DNA of 64,000 nt from Actinomycetota bacterium (lineage in GTDB: Bacteria; Actinomycetota; Actinomycetes; S36-B12; UBA5976). The notes beneath the pieces are model-generated. The model saw nothing but the letters and a program-made list of their open reading frames with translations. It had not been told where the DNA came from and searched no databases. This document shows, piece after piece, positions 19,893-29,776 of the stretch (position 1 is the stretch's first letter; the number at the start of each line of letters is the position of its first letter). A program made the position numbers and the translations under genes. Location: assembly GCA_026392515.1 (NCBI GenBank), contig JAPLBY010000021.1, forward strand, positions 4,606 to 68,605. The letters are read 5' to 3'.

Positions 19893-21608
19893 ATGAGTCC
19901 GAGTCCCGCTTTCGAATCCCAGTCAAATGGGGCAGCTCTGACTATTTCTGACATTGGTAAACCGCTGGCTCACACCACGTTCGTTATTGTTGACCTCGAA
20001 ACTGCTGGCGGCAAACCAGTTGATGCCGGCATTACTGAAATCGGGGCTGTCAAAGTTCGAGGTGGCGAAGTCATTGGCGAGTTTCGAACATTTTGCTCAC
20101 CAGGTGTCCCTATTCCGGCCTTCATTTCAGTCCTGACTGGAATTACAGATCACCATGTTGCAGATGCCCCAAACGTAGCTTCCGCAGTGCGCGAGTTCTT
20201 GGCGTTTGCAAATTTTGAGTCAGGTGACCAACCAGTTCTAGTTGCGCACAACGCCCCGTTCGATGTGGGATTTTTGAAATCTGCTTGTGCCAAATTTGAT
20301 ATTGAGTGGCCCAAGCCACCAGTTTTGGACACCGTGATTCTGGCTCGCAAGATTCTACGTAAAGATGAAGTGCGAAATCGAAAGCTTTCCACATTGGCAC
20401 AATTCTTTAGAGCGCCAGTTAGTCCAACTCACCGCGCCTTGGATGATGCTCGAGCAACAACATCTGTATTGCACGGTCTAATTGAGCGCGTTGGAAATTT
20501 GGGTGTGCATGATCTTGAAGGATTGCAAACTTACAATGGCCCAGCAACCGAGAAGCGAAGGCGCAAACGATATTTAGCGGACGGACTTCCCGAGTTACCA
20601 GGTGTCTACATTTTTTACGATGGCAACAACCGACCACTTTATGTTGGAACTTCAACCAACATTAGAAAACGCGTCATGTCATATTTCACTGCTGCAGAAA
20701 CACGCAGTCGTATGACGTCAATGATTGAACTCGCGCAAAGAGTTGATGCTCATGTTTGTAGTACGAAACTTGAAGCTGCCATCCGCGAACTACGCATGAT
20801 TAACGAGTTGCGTCCAACATATAACTTTCGCTCCAGGAATCCAGAGAAAACCACCTGGTTAACCATGACTAATGAAAAGTTTCCAAGACTTTCACTTTCC
20901 CGCCAGTCTCACTTGCCAGATTCAGAACGCATTGCAGTTGGCCCGTTCCGAAATGGAAGTAGTGCTGAACTCGCTATGCATGCAATGCACCAAGCTACGG
21001 ATTTGCGTCAGTGCAAAGAGCGCATTACAAGTAAGTCTTCAATCTCGCCATGTGTCTTATTTGAAATGAAGCGTTGCATTGCCCCTTGTTTAACAGGTGC
21101 GGAAACCGTTGGTTACGAAGACATCGTTTTAGAAGCGAGTTCAATTCTCAATGGAAACTCCTCAGAGGTTTCTCGCAAGCTGATGGAAAAAATTGTGACT
21201 CTAGTAAAGGAAGAGAAATTCGAAGACGCTGCCTTAGTTCGAGATCGCATGCATGCTTTGGAAGACGGCGTACATAGATCCAGCAGGCTGCGCGAGATTA
21301 CCTCAATCCCACTTGTCATTGCGGCTCAGGCAAATGCGCTTGGTGGCTGGGAAATCCACGCAATTTCACACGGTCGATTTGCCGGCGCCATTGTTGCTCC
21401 TCCAGGCCAAGACCCAAAGCCTTATCTACTCAAACTCAAGGGTTCCCTTGCATCAGATGTTGGTTTACCAACGCTTGTGTCCGAGGTCGAATTAATCCTT
21501 AAGTGGTTGGGTGATGGTGTTACTCGATTAGTTGAAATTACAGATGGCCATACTTGGGCGCATCCAATAGCCGCCAGAGTTCGGGCAAATGAACTAGTTG
21601 GCAGCTAG
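19893..21608 (+). CDS. DEDD 3'-5' exonuclease / GIY-YIG UvrC-like fusion (Rv2191-like)
   Basis: DEDDh motifs IVDLET, AHNAPFD and HRALDDA; GIY-YIG motif PGVYIF...LYVGTS; Cys cluster and UVR motif FEDAALVRD. The ORF is open from 19842. Confidence 0.9.
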   Translation: MSPSPAFESQSNGAALTISDIGKPLAHTTFVIVDLETAGGKPVDAGITEIGAVKVRGGEVIGEFRTFCSPGVPIPAFISVLTGITDHHVADAPNVASAVREFLAFANFESGDQPVLVAHNAPFDVGFLKSACAKFDIEWPKPPVLDTVILARKILRKDEVRNRKLSTLAQFFRAPVSPTHRALDDARATTSVLHGLIERVGNLGVHDLEGLQTYNGPATEKRRRKRYLADGLPELPGVYIFYDGNNRPLYVGTSTNIRKRVMSYFTAAETRSRMTSMIELAQRVDAHVCSTKLEAAIRELRMINELRPTYNFRSRNPEKTTWLTMTNEKFPRLSLSRQSHLPDSERIAVGPFRNGSSAELAMHAMHQATDLRQCKERITSKSSISPCVLFEMKRCIAPCLTGAETVGYEDIVLEASSILNGNSSEVSRKLMEKIVTLVKEEKFEDAALVRDRMHALEDGVHRSSRLREITSIPLVIAAQANALGGWEIHAISHGRFAGAIVAPPGQDPKPYLLKLKGSLASDVGLPTLVSEVELILKWLGDGVTRLVEITDGHTWAHPIAARVRANELVGS

Positions 21609-22682
21609 CGCGTATCGCTGGCTAACCGAAACCCAAACATCTAACAATGATTTAGCTGCACCAGTATCCAGTGAGCTATAGGCAACTGGAAGCGCTCGAG
21701 ATATTCGAGCAACCGTTGGGTCTTCGACAGCACCAAAACGCTTCGCACCTTTTGCCGCGTCATAGGCAACCATGGTTGCTGCAGCATTAAGAGCAACTAC
21801 ATCTCGGATTGCCGCGAAATTGCCATCCGTTCTTCCCGCCAGAATCTCACGCACAACTTGGGCGTTGAATTGCGCATCGCCACCTCTTAGTTGCTCAAGC
21901 GTTGCTGGCCTTAAACCAAGTTCACTTGGTGCCAACAAGGATTCACGCAAACTACCTGAAGTGACATCCCAGATTTGAGTAGGTGCTGATGTCGAAAGTT
22001 CATCTAAGCCGTCTGTGCTGCGCACGATGATTGATTTAAATCCGCGGTCAAGTTGTACTTGCGCTAGAACTGGTGCAAGGCGAATGTCTGCGCAACCTAA
22101 AAGTGCAGCCTCAGGTTGCCCTGGATTCGAAAGTGGACCAAGCACATTAAATACGGTTGGCACGCCAAGTTCTTTACGAACATTTCCGGCGTACTTCATT
22201 GCTGGGTGATGAGATGGCGCAAAGCAAAAGGCAATACCTGCTTCAGCAACACATGAAGATATCAAACTTGTTGGCATGTTGATCGCTACGCCAAGTGCCT
22301 CAAGCACATCTGCGGTACCCGCTTTAGATGAGATTGCACGGTTTCCGTGCTTCAGTACTGGAAACCCAGCACCAGCAACAGTTAGTGCGGCCATGGTCGA
22401 GATGTTTACGGTGTGAGCACCATCGCCACCCGTGCCAACCACGTCAACTGCAATTCGATCTAAGTTAACTTCAATCGCATTAGCGAGCATTGCTTTAACC
22501 ATGCCGCTAACTTCTTGCGGAGTCTCGCCCTTAACACGAAGCCCAATAACTAGCCCGGCTAGTTGGGAATCAGTTGCGGTGCCCGACATCATTTCATTCA
22601 TGGCCCAGAAGGCTTGATCAAATGACAAGTCGCTTCCAGAAACTAATGTTCCTAGAACTTGCTTCCAGCTATCTTCGGTCAT
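21594..22682 (-). CDS. trpD: Anthranilate phosphoribosyltransferase
   Basis: Motifs DVVGTGGDG, NIST, KHGNRAISSKAG and DGLDE. Confidence 0.95.
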   Translation of the reverse strand: MTEDSWKQVLGTLVSGSDLSFDQAFWAMNEMMSGTATDSQLAGLVIGLRVKGETPQEVSGMVKAMLANAIEVNLDRIAVDVVGTGGDGAHTVNISTMAALTVAGAGFPVLKHGNRAISSKAGTADVLEALGVAINMPTSLISSCVAEAGIAFCFAPSHHPAMKYAGNVRKELGVPTVFNVLGPLSNPGQPEAALLGCADIRLAPVLAQVQLDRGFKSIIVRSTDGLDELSTSAPTQIWDVTSGSLRESLLAPSELGLRPATLEQLRGGDAQFNAQVVREILAGRTDGNFAAIRDVVALNAAATMVAYDAAKGAKRFGAVEDPTVARISRALPVAYSSLDTGAAKSLLDVWVSVSQRYALAAN

Positions 22683-22697
22683 GATCGAAGATTTTCC

Positions 22698-23108
22698 CTA
22701 CTGGGAAATTGAATTTCGTGACTTGAGTAACTCTAAACAGGCATTGACAACAGCTCGTGGATCAATTGGATGAGCTACAACAGCATCGGCACGTGACCAA
22801 GTTGCTAACCAACGGTCATCTACCCGACCCACTAGTACTAAAACTGGTGGGCAGTTGAAAATTTCATCTTTAAGTTGGCGGCACAGTCCCATGCCACCAG
22901 ATGGCGTTGCTTCCCCATCCAAAATCAGCAAGTCAAACGGCCTGGAATCGACTGCAGCAATAACGGCTGGCTGGGTTGCGCACTCGAGGATCTCAACATC
23001 CCCAAAATCAACGGATGGACGCCGTCCCAAGCTCATCTTTATGCTGGAGCGAACTACAGAGTCATCGCTGTATACAAGCACTTTAAGAGTGGGGGCATTG
23101 TTAGACAC
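22698..23108 (-). CDS. Stand-alone response-regulator receiver-like protein
   Basis: Motifs VLVYSDD, DLLILDGE and GGMGLCRQLK. Probable GTG start at 23108, conserved position between trpD and ctaE. Confidence 0.8.
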   Translation of the reverse strand: MSNNAPTLKVLVYSDDSVVRSSIKMSLGRRPSVDFGDVEILECATQPAVIAAVDSRPFDLLILDGEATPSGGMGLCRQLKDEIFNCPPVLVLVGRVDDRWLATWSRADAVVAHPIDPRAVVNACLELLKSRNSISQ

Positions 23109-23247
23109 CCCAAAAGAGTATCTGACCGCCGAGCTGGATTGGTAATTGGGATTGTCCATTTGGGGCAGTGGAATGCAATAGGTCACATCGAGTCAGTTTT
23201 ACCCATCCTGCGGGGATTTTCTCCTAGGCAGTAGGTAAACTCTAGGG

Positions 23248-23844
23248 GTGAGTACAACTACCCCCATCAGAGTCCCAAGCCAGGCCGAACGCCCAAATAT
23301 GGTGTCAATCGGCACAATTGTTTGGCTAGCAAGCGAGTTGATGTTCTTCGCAGCCTTATTTGCGATGTACTTCACGCTTCGTTCTGTAAATCCAGAGTTA
23401 TGGGCCGAAGAAGTAAAGCTACTAGCGTTGCCATTTGCCTCGTTTAACACCACAATCTTGGTACTTTCCTCCGTCACCTGTCAGCTTGGAGTCTTTGCGG
23501 CTGAGCGCGGTGACGTAAAGGGTTTACGTAAGTGGTTTGTTATCACTTTCTTAATGGGTTTTTATTTCGTTGCTGGTCAGGTTTACGAGTACACCGTATT
23601 GGTTCATGAAGGTCTAACACTTTCGTCAAATGCCTATGGCTCAGCGTTCTACCTAACAACTGGCTTCCACGGTCTACACGTAACAGGTGGCCTTATCGCA
23701 TTTCTGTTCGTCCTAGCTCGCACGTATGCAACTAAGCACTATTCGCATAAGCAGGCAACAACGGCAATCGTGGTTTCTTACTACTGGCACTTTGTCGATG
23801 TGGTTTGGATCGCTTTGTTTGCAACCATCTACCTAATCAAGTAA
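23248..23844 (+). CDS. ctaE: Cytochrome c oxidase subunit III
   Basis: Motifs [17 protein letters not shown] and YWHFVDVVW. Confidence 0.95.
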   Translation: MSTTTPIRVPSQAERPNMVSIGTIVWLASELMFFAALFAMYFTLRSVNPELWAEEVKLLALPFASFNTTILVLSSVTCQLGVFAAERGDVKGLRKWFVITFLMGFYFVAGQVYEYTVLVHEGLTLSSNAYGSAFYLTTGFHGLHVTGGLIAFLFVLARTYATKHYSHKQATTAIVVSYYWHFVDVVWIALFATIYLIK

Positions 23845-23889
23845 CAAAAGTTCAACAAGTCTCAATAATCGAAATAGCGAAGGAAACCA

Positions 23890-24666
23890 GTGGCACTCAG
23901 TAAAAGACATCCTGCAGCACTCTTTGCAGTTCTAGCCGTGGCACTCGGAACCACCGGTGCTGCTTATGCTGCAGTAAATGCCCAAACTGCCCCAAAGGTT
24001 GTTGCGAAGACTGAAACTCAGGTTGAGCAAGGTAAACAACTTTTCCTTGAGGGTTGCTCGTCTTGTCACGGTTTAGCCGCTCAAGGCGCTTCCGATGGTC
24101 CATCGCTACTCGGTGTTGGCGCCGCTTCCGTAGATTTCCAAGTTGGCACGGGTCGCATGCCACTTGCCGCTCCTGGCGTTCAAGCAATGCCGAAAATGCC
24201 TTCTTATAACGAAGAAGAAACTGCTGCGCTAGCTGCTTACATTGCAACTTTAGGCGCTGGACCTGGGATTCCGACTGCAGAGATGCTTGATACTACGAAC
24301 GCAGAATTAGCACTTGGTGGCGAACTATTTCGTACTAACTGTGCCCAGTGCCATGGCGCTTCAGGTGTCGGTGGCGCACTTTCCGAAGGTCGCAAAGCTC
24401 CAAGTTTGATGGATTCAAATGCCAAGCGTCTTTATGAAGCCATGGTGTCCGGACCACAGTCAATGCCGGTTTTTGCAGATAGCACCTTGAGTGTTGAAGA
24501 CAAGAAAAACATCATTGCTTACGTAACAGAACTTCAGGCCAATAAGAGTCCTGGTGGCTTCAGTCTTGGCCGACAAGGTCCCGTGACCGAAGGCTTGTTC
24601 ATTTTCATTGTGGGTCTTGGGGTACTTATCGTTGCCGCAGTTTGGATCGGAGCGAAAGCAAAATAA
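23890..24666 (+). CDS. qcrC: Cytochrome bc1 (bcc) diheme cytochrome c subunit
   Basis: Two CxxCH motifs (CSSCH, CAQCH) with terminal TM helices. Confidence 0.95.
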   Translation: MALSKRHPAALFAVLAVALGTTGAAYAAVNAQTAPKVVAKTETQVEQGKQLFLEGCSSCHGLAAQGASDGPSLLGVGAASVDFQVGTGRMPLAAPGVQAMPKMPSYNEEETAALAAYIATLGAGPGIPTAEMLDTTNAELALGGELFRTNCAQCHGASGVGGALSEGRKAPSLMDSNAKRLYEAMVSGPQSMPVFADSTLSVEDKKNIIAYVTELQANKSPGGFSLGRQGPVTEGLFIFIVGLGVLIVAAVWIGAKAK

Positions 24667-25709
24667 TGAATGAATTAGAGCATCCAACGGGTGACCCGTA
24701 CGGCGCCAAAGATGGCAAAGACTTAATCAGTGGCATCACCGTTTTTCCTATGGAGCCCCACGTTCCTCGTAAGTCTGACATAGATCCAAAGGCTGCAATC
24801 CGGGCGGAGCGCCAAGTTGCCACCATGTTTGGCTTGTCCTCGCTGATGATCCTTTTGTTCATAGTTGCGTACATCAAAGTTCCAGCAGACCTACTCATCA
24901 CAATCCCAGTTATTGGCACTTTGAATGCAAATCACCTGGCAATCGGATTCACATTCGGAATGGCAATTCTGTTGATTGGCCTTGGCGCTATTCACTGGGC
25001 AAAGAAGTTAATGCCGGATGAAGAAGTGATTCAAGAGCGTCACGCTTTGACTTCGACAAATGAAGAGCGCGTTGCCGTTCAATCAAGTTTGCAACGTGGC
25101 GCCGCCGAATCTGGTTTCAAAGAGCGAAAGATAATTCGCCGTTCTTTATTGGGTGCACTTGCCTTATTCCCGGTTCCGCTAATTGTGTTACTTCGTGATC
25201 TTGGTCCCCTACCTGGCACTCGCCTACGGGAAACCATTTGGGACGAAGGCATTCACCTGGTAACTGATGCCACATACAAGAAAATTAAGGCTTCCGATAT
25301 TCCTTTGGGTGGCTTGATTAACGCAGTTCCTGAGAATCTGCTTGAGATTGAACACGAGGAAGAAACCCTTAACCAGCGCGGTAAAGCATCCATCATTATC
25401 GTTCGCATGGATCCAGCTGACATCGTCTCGCAGCAGGGTGAAGCTTGGGATTACCAAGGGGTTTTAGCGTTCTCGAAGATATGCACTCACCTAGGGTGTC
25501 CAACATCACTATATCAACAGCGCACTCACCACTTGCTGTGTCCGTGCCATCAGTCTACGTTTGACTTATCAGACTCGGGCAATGTGGTTTTCGGACCAGC
25601 CGCACGTCGAATGCCACAACTTGCGATCACGGTTGATGCGGAGGGCTACCTAGTTGCCCAAAGTGGATTTAATGAACCAGTAGGACCTAGTTTCTGGGAG
25701 CGCGGATGA
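24666..25709 (+). CDS. qcrA: Cytochrome bc1 (bcc) Rieske Fe-S subunit
   Basis: Rieske boxes CTHLGC and CPCHQS. The ATG overlaps the qcrC stop (TAATG). Confidence 0.95.
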   Translation: MNELEHPTGDPYGAKDGKDLISGITVFPMEPHVPRKSDIDPKAAIRAERQVATMFGLSSLMILLFIVAYIKVPADLLITIPVIGTLNANHLAIGFTFGMAILLIGLGAIHWAKKLMPDEEVIQERHALTSTNEERVAVQSSLQRGAAESGFKERKIIRRSLLGALALFPVPLIVLLRDLGPLPGTRLRETIWDEGIHLVTDATYKKIKASDIPLGGLINAVPENLLEIEHEEETLNQRGKASIIIVRMDPADIVSQQGEAWDYQGVLAFSKICTHLGCPTSLYQQRTHHLLCPCHQSTFDLSDSGNVVFGPAARRMPQLAITVDAEGYLVAQSGFNEPVGPSFWERG

Positions 25710-27388
25710 GTACAACCGAAGAGTCAATTCAGGCGCCAGCACATGCTGCGCCAACCACTAAAGGTGGTGCTGTCGGTTACTACATTGATGATCGTCTAGC
25801 CTCTGCTAACTTCACCAAGCGCCTAGTCGACAAGGTGTTCCCAGACCACTGGTCATTCATGCTTGGCGAAGTGGCACTGTACAGCTTCATCATTTTGTTG
25901 CTTTCTGGCACATACCTAACCCTTTTCTTCAATCCATCAATGACTGAAGTTATTTACAACGGTTCATACGTCCCACTTAAGGGCGTAAAGATGTCTGAGG
26001 CTTACTCCTCAACCTTGGCGATTTCCTTCGATGTTCGTGGTGGCTTATTGATGCGCCAGATCCATCACTGGGCTGCGCTGTTCTTTACCGCTGCAGTTTC
26101 CGTTCACTTACTTCGAGTTTTCTTCACAGGTGCTTTCCGTAAGCCACGTGAAATCAACTGGGTAATTGGAACTTTGCTATTGGTTCTTGCACTTCTTGAA
26201 GGCTTCTCTGGTTACTCACTTCCAGATGACTTGCTATCAGGTACCGGACTTCGTATTGCACAGGGAATCATCCAGGCGATTCCGCTGGTTGGAACTTATG
26301 TAGCTATGTTCCTATTCGGTGGAGAATTCCCAGGCACGGACATCATGCCTCGCCTTTACTCAATCCACATTCTTTTGATCCCTGGCATCTTGCTGGCTTT
26401 GATCACAGTGCACTTAATCATGGTGTTCTACCAAAAGCACACGCAGTTCCCTGGCCCAGGTCGCACTGAAAGCAACGTTGTTGGCTTCCGCCTGTTCCCG
26501 ATCTACATGGCTAAGGCCGGCGGCTTCTTCTTCGTGGTATTCGGAATCACAGTGCTGATCGCAGCGCTGGTAACCATTAACCCGGTCTGGCTCTACGGTC
26601 CATACACGCCTTCCCAGGTAACTGCAGGCTCCCAGCCTGACTGGTACATCGGCTGGCTAGATGGCGCAGTTCGATTAATGCCAAACCTTGAATCCGTAGT
26701 CTTTGGCTACACCTTGAGCTGGAACATTCTGGTGCCAGCTTTGGTTATTCCAGGAATTATGTTTACGGCTCTTGGTTTGTATCCATGGATCGAAGCTTGG
26801 GCAACTGGCGACAGGCGTGAACATCACCTGCTAGATCGTCCGCGTAACGCACCGACCCGCACCGGCCTTGGTGTGATGGCGCTGACGTTCTACATGATCT
26901 TGGTTATTTCTGGTGGTAACGACATTATTGCCTCTGCATTTAATCTTTCAATTAATCAGATCACTTGGGGCTTCCGCTTCCTATTGTTCATTCTTCCGCC
27001 GCTGGCATTTGTGCTTACCAAGCGCATCTGTCTAGGCCTACAACGTCGCGACAATAATAAGTTGTTGCATGGTTACGAAACCGGCCGAATTCTGCGTCTA
27101 CCAAGTGGTGAATTCATTGAGATCCACGAGCCAATTGGTGAAGCTGAAAAAGCTAAGTTACTTGCCAAAGCTGATGTAGTTCCAATGGCACTTCCATCAG
27201 CTGTTGATGAGAATGGCGTTCGCAATCCTAAGGCTGCTAAGTCAATCGCTCGTGCGAAGTTGTCACAGTGGTTCTACTCTGATGTGATCCCAACTCCAAC
27301 TGACGAGGAAATGCGCGCTGCAGCTGAGCACGCAGCTCATGAACTTCATGAAGCTGAGTCTCATCTAAAGGAAATAAGTCAGCATTAG
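25706..27388 (+). CDS. qcrB: Cytochrome bc1 (bcc) cytochrome b subunit
   Basis: Motifs FPDHWSF, RQIHHWAA and QPDWY (PEWY equivalent), with the actinobacterial C-terminal extension. Confidence 0.96.
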   Translation: MSTTEESIQAPAHAAPTTKGGAVGYYIDDRLASANFTKRLVDKVFPDHWSFMLGEVALYSFIILLLSGTYLTLFFNPSMTEVIYNGSYVPLKGVKMSEAYSSTLAISFDVRGGLLMRQIHHWAALFFTAAVSVHLLRVFFTGAFRKPREINWVIGTLLLVLALLEGFSGYSLPDDLLSGTGLRIAQGIIQAIPLVGTYVAMFLFGGEFPGTDIMPRLYSIHILLIPGILLALITVHLIMVFYQKHTQFPGPGRTESNVVGFRLFPIYMAKAGGFFFVVFGITVLIAALVTINPVWLYGPYTPSQVTAGSQPDWYIGWLDGAVRLMPNLESVVFGYTLSWNILVPALVIPGIMFTALGLYPWIEAWATGDRREHHLLDRPRNAPTRTGLGVMALTFYMILVISGGNDIIASAFNLSINQITWGFRFLLFILPPLAFVLTKRICLGLQRRDNNKLLHGYETGRILRLPSGEFIEIHEPIGEAEKAKLLAKADVVPMALPSAVDENGVRNPKAAKSIARAKLSQWFYSDVIPTPTDEEMRAAAEHAAHELHEAESHLKEISQH

Positions 27389-27398
27389 TTATTACGAC

Positions 27399-27432
27399 AA
27401 AAACCCCCACCTGATTTAGGTGGGGGTTTTTT
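27399..27432. terminator. Bidirectional intrinsic terminator between qcrB and gatD
   Basis: AAAAACCCCCACCT-gattt-AGGTGGGGGTTTTTT is a perfect stem flanked by A and T tracts. Confidence 0.9.
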
Positions 27433-27458
27433 CTTGCACTGAATCTTGAGAAGGTTAA

Positions 27459-28163
27459 CTAGTTTCCAGTTAATGTCTGTCTGCGCTCTTTGGCGAAGGC
27501 ATCGGCTAATGGATCATTAAACGGTCTCATTGGACCAGCAGCACACTGCAAAACTGCATCAGCTAGTTCAGGGTTTCTGGCAAGAGCTGGTCCGTGCATG
27601 TAGGTGCCAAATATGTTTCCGTGCCAAACCCCTTCTTGCTTGCTAAAGCCATTTCCCACTCCGCTTTGAACTAATCCCAGTGGTGGCATGTCTTCACCTA
27701 GGCGAGTTAGACCCTGGTGGTTTTCAAAGCCAGTAAGCATTGGCAAGCCACCGCGACTTGGTTGGATAACTAGTTCCCCAACGCTTCGTGGCGATGCGTC
27801 GTAAATGGTGTGCGCGTCTACTAAGCCCAAACCTGCTACGGCATTGCCACTGGAGTCAGGCAAGCTCTCACCGATAATTTGAAATCCGGCGCAAATAGCT
27901 AGTACGGTAGCGCCACCTGCTGCTGCATACTGAAGTCCGCCGTCTTGCTTTAGCATCTCGAGTGCAGCCGACTGCGGGCCATCCTCGCCACCACCTAAGA
28001 GATAGATGTCGCCAGATCTAGGTACAGCCATTCCTGGGGTTACTTCTACTAACTGGACATCAAGGTTTCGTGCTTTGGCTCTATGCATCAGAATTTCGGC
28101 ATTACCTTGGTCCCCGTAGGTGCCAAGTAAGTCGTGGTAGAGCCGGACAATAGTAAGACTCAT
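27459..28163 (-). CDS. gatD: Lipid II isoglutaminyl synthase, glutaminase subunit (CobQ-like GATase)
   Basis: Motifs LGTYGDQGN, GGGED, AICAGFQ, GFENH and GTYMHGP. Overlaps murT by 4 nt. Confidence 0.88.
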   Translation of the reverse strand: MSLTIVRLYHDLLGTYGDQGNAEILMHRAKARNLDVQLVEVTPGMAVPRSGDIYLLGGGEDGPQSAALEMLKQDGGLQYAAAGGATVLAICAGFQIIGESLPDSSGNAVAGLGLVDAHTIYDASPRSVGELVIQPSRGGLPMLTGFENHQGLTRLGEDMPPLGLVQSGVGNGFSKQEGVWHGNIFGTYMHGPALARNPELADAVLQCAAGPMRPFNDPLADAFAKERRQTLTGN

Positions 28164-29353
28164 TGCGCGCCACTCTTGCCTGCAGTGATTCCAAGTTCTG
28201 TAGCAAGTAGATCTTGATACGCGGTATAGCTCACAATCGCTTGAATAGGCTCACTCGTAAATTCTTCAACTGCCTGGGCAAAGCTTGAGGCCACAGACAC
28301 TTCGATACCTTGCACACTCAATCGATAGGCGACATCGAGCCTGCGCTCGCCAGTGCAAATCACGCGCTTGCCACGCAGCTTCGCATAGTCGATGTCCCAC
28401 AGCCACGAAGTATCGCGCCCATCAATGCCTCTAGCGTTAACTGATAGTACGACCTGATCTGCTAAGACATCCCCAAGTGCCTGTCTCCAGCTTTCTGGGT
28501 TCTTTGCCAGGTGCGTTGGGATAATTTTCCCGCCTGCAGAAAAACTGTGGATTCGATCTGGTGCCTTGTTAATCAAGTCAGTAGCTTCATCCGCCAAGAT
28601 TTCAGCTCCCATTAACCGCGCTGCTTCAATCACCAAAACTGTATTGCGTTGTGGTCCATCTAGGCGCTTATCAGATCTTACGTCTGGCAACTTTGCCCCC
28701 AGGCCACATGCACATGCGTAATCACCCGTAGACCAATCCAAGATCGCTGCGCAATTTGGACAGGTGGCTGCATCTGGGTGCCTGCGTCCGCTGAATGAAA
28801 CTCGAATCACATGACCTGCCTGAGACACAGCATGTTCCAGGAATGGGTCATCCCGATCAACCACAAATGTCACATCGTCATTCGTAAATGCTTGATGCCA
28901 GAGGTTAGAAACCTTGCGAACCTCGCCCGTGCGGTGCAACTGGTCTCTAGACAAGTTCAGTAGCACGATGACTTTTGGGGCGAGCTTTTGATACATGTCT
29001 GGCAAATACATTTCGTCACATTCGACTACCGCGAATCTGTTTCTTGGCAGTTGGGCTAACAGGGCTGCAATCCCGGCTGGCATGTTAGCGCCGGACTCAC
29101 TGGTGCTAACTCCTTCGCCCGCAAAATCACGAAGGATGCTTGCCAAATTTCTCGTAGAAGTGGTTTTGCCATTGGTTCCAGACACTAAAACAATGTCACG
29201 TCCAGCGCTCAGTTTAGAAATCGCCCTTGGGTCAAGTGCCAGAATGACTCGCCCACTTAGGGTTTCGCCGCGACCACGGCCTAGCTTTATAGACAGCCGA
29301 CCTGATAACTCGCCAACCTTACAAGCCGTTGCGAGTCTTAGTTTGCTGAACAC
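28160..29353 (-). CDS. murT: Lipid II isoglutaminyl synthase, Mur-ligase subunit with DUF1727
   Basis: Motifs SGTNGKTT, GANM, NLSRDQL, zinc knuckle CPNC...CACG, KNP and DGRDTSWLWD. Confidence 0.88.
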   Translation of the reverse strand: MFSKLRLATACKVGELSGRLSIKLGRGRGETLSGRVILALDPRAISKLSAGRDIVLVSGTNGKTTSTRNLASILRDFAGEGVSTSESGANMPAGIAALLAQLPRNRFAVVECDEMYLPDMYQKLAPKVIVLLNLSRDQLHRTGEVRKVSNLWHQAFTNDDVTFVVDRDDPFLEHAVSQAGHVIRVSFSGRRHPDAATCPNCAAILDWSTGDYACACGLGAKLPDVRSDKRLDGPQRNTVLVIEAARLMGAEILADEATDLINKAPDRIHSFSAGGKIIPTHLAKNPESWRQALGDVLADQVVLSVNARGIDGRDTSWLWDIDYAKLRGKRVICTGERRLDVAYRLSVQGIEVSVASSFAQAVEEFTSEPIQAIVSYTAYQDLLATELGITAGKSGAQ

Positions 29354-29370
29354 AAATGATCTAGCACTTA

Positions 29371-29766
29371 TTACTTAACGAATTGTCCGCGGTAGTACTC
29401 GAATACCAATCCGTAAATCGCCATCATTAGAGCAAATAAGCCAGCGACCATCATCCACCTGGCAAACACAAATCCGAGTACAAATACAAATGTGGATGCG
29501 CCAATTGCAAATGGCCACCAGGAGTGTGGCGAGAAGAAGCCATAGTCAGTATCGGCATCAGAAATCAGTGCAGTCTCAACATCTTCTGGAAGAGTGCCGA
29601 CTCGCTTTGATGTGAAGAGCACGTAGAACGCGATTAGGAAGGCAAGGCCTCCAGTTAAAGCAAGTAGCGAAGTTCCAACCACGTCACCGCTCATAAACCA
29701 ATAAACGATTCCAATACCGAAGTAAAGCACAGTTCCGCATGCAAATAACCTGCCACCGACATTCAT
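29371..29766 (-). CDS. ctaF: Cytochrome c oxidase subunit IV
   Basis: GFFSPHSWWP and FEYY motifs, immediately downstream of ctaD. Confidence 0.92.
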   Translation of the reverse strand: MNVGGRLFACGTVLYFGIGIVYWFMSGDVVGTSLLALTGGLAFLIAFYVLFTSKRVGTLPEDVETALISDADTDYGFFSPHSWWPFAIGASTFVFVLGFVFARWMMVAGLFALMMAIYGLVFEYYRGQFVK

Positions 29767-29776
29767 TTAACTACCT

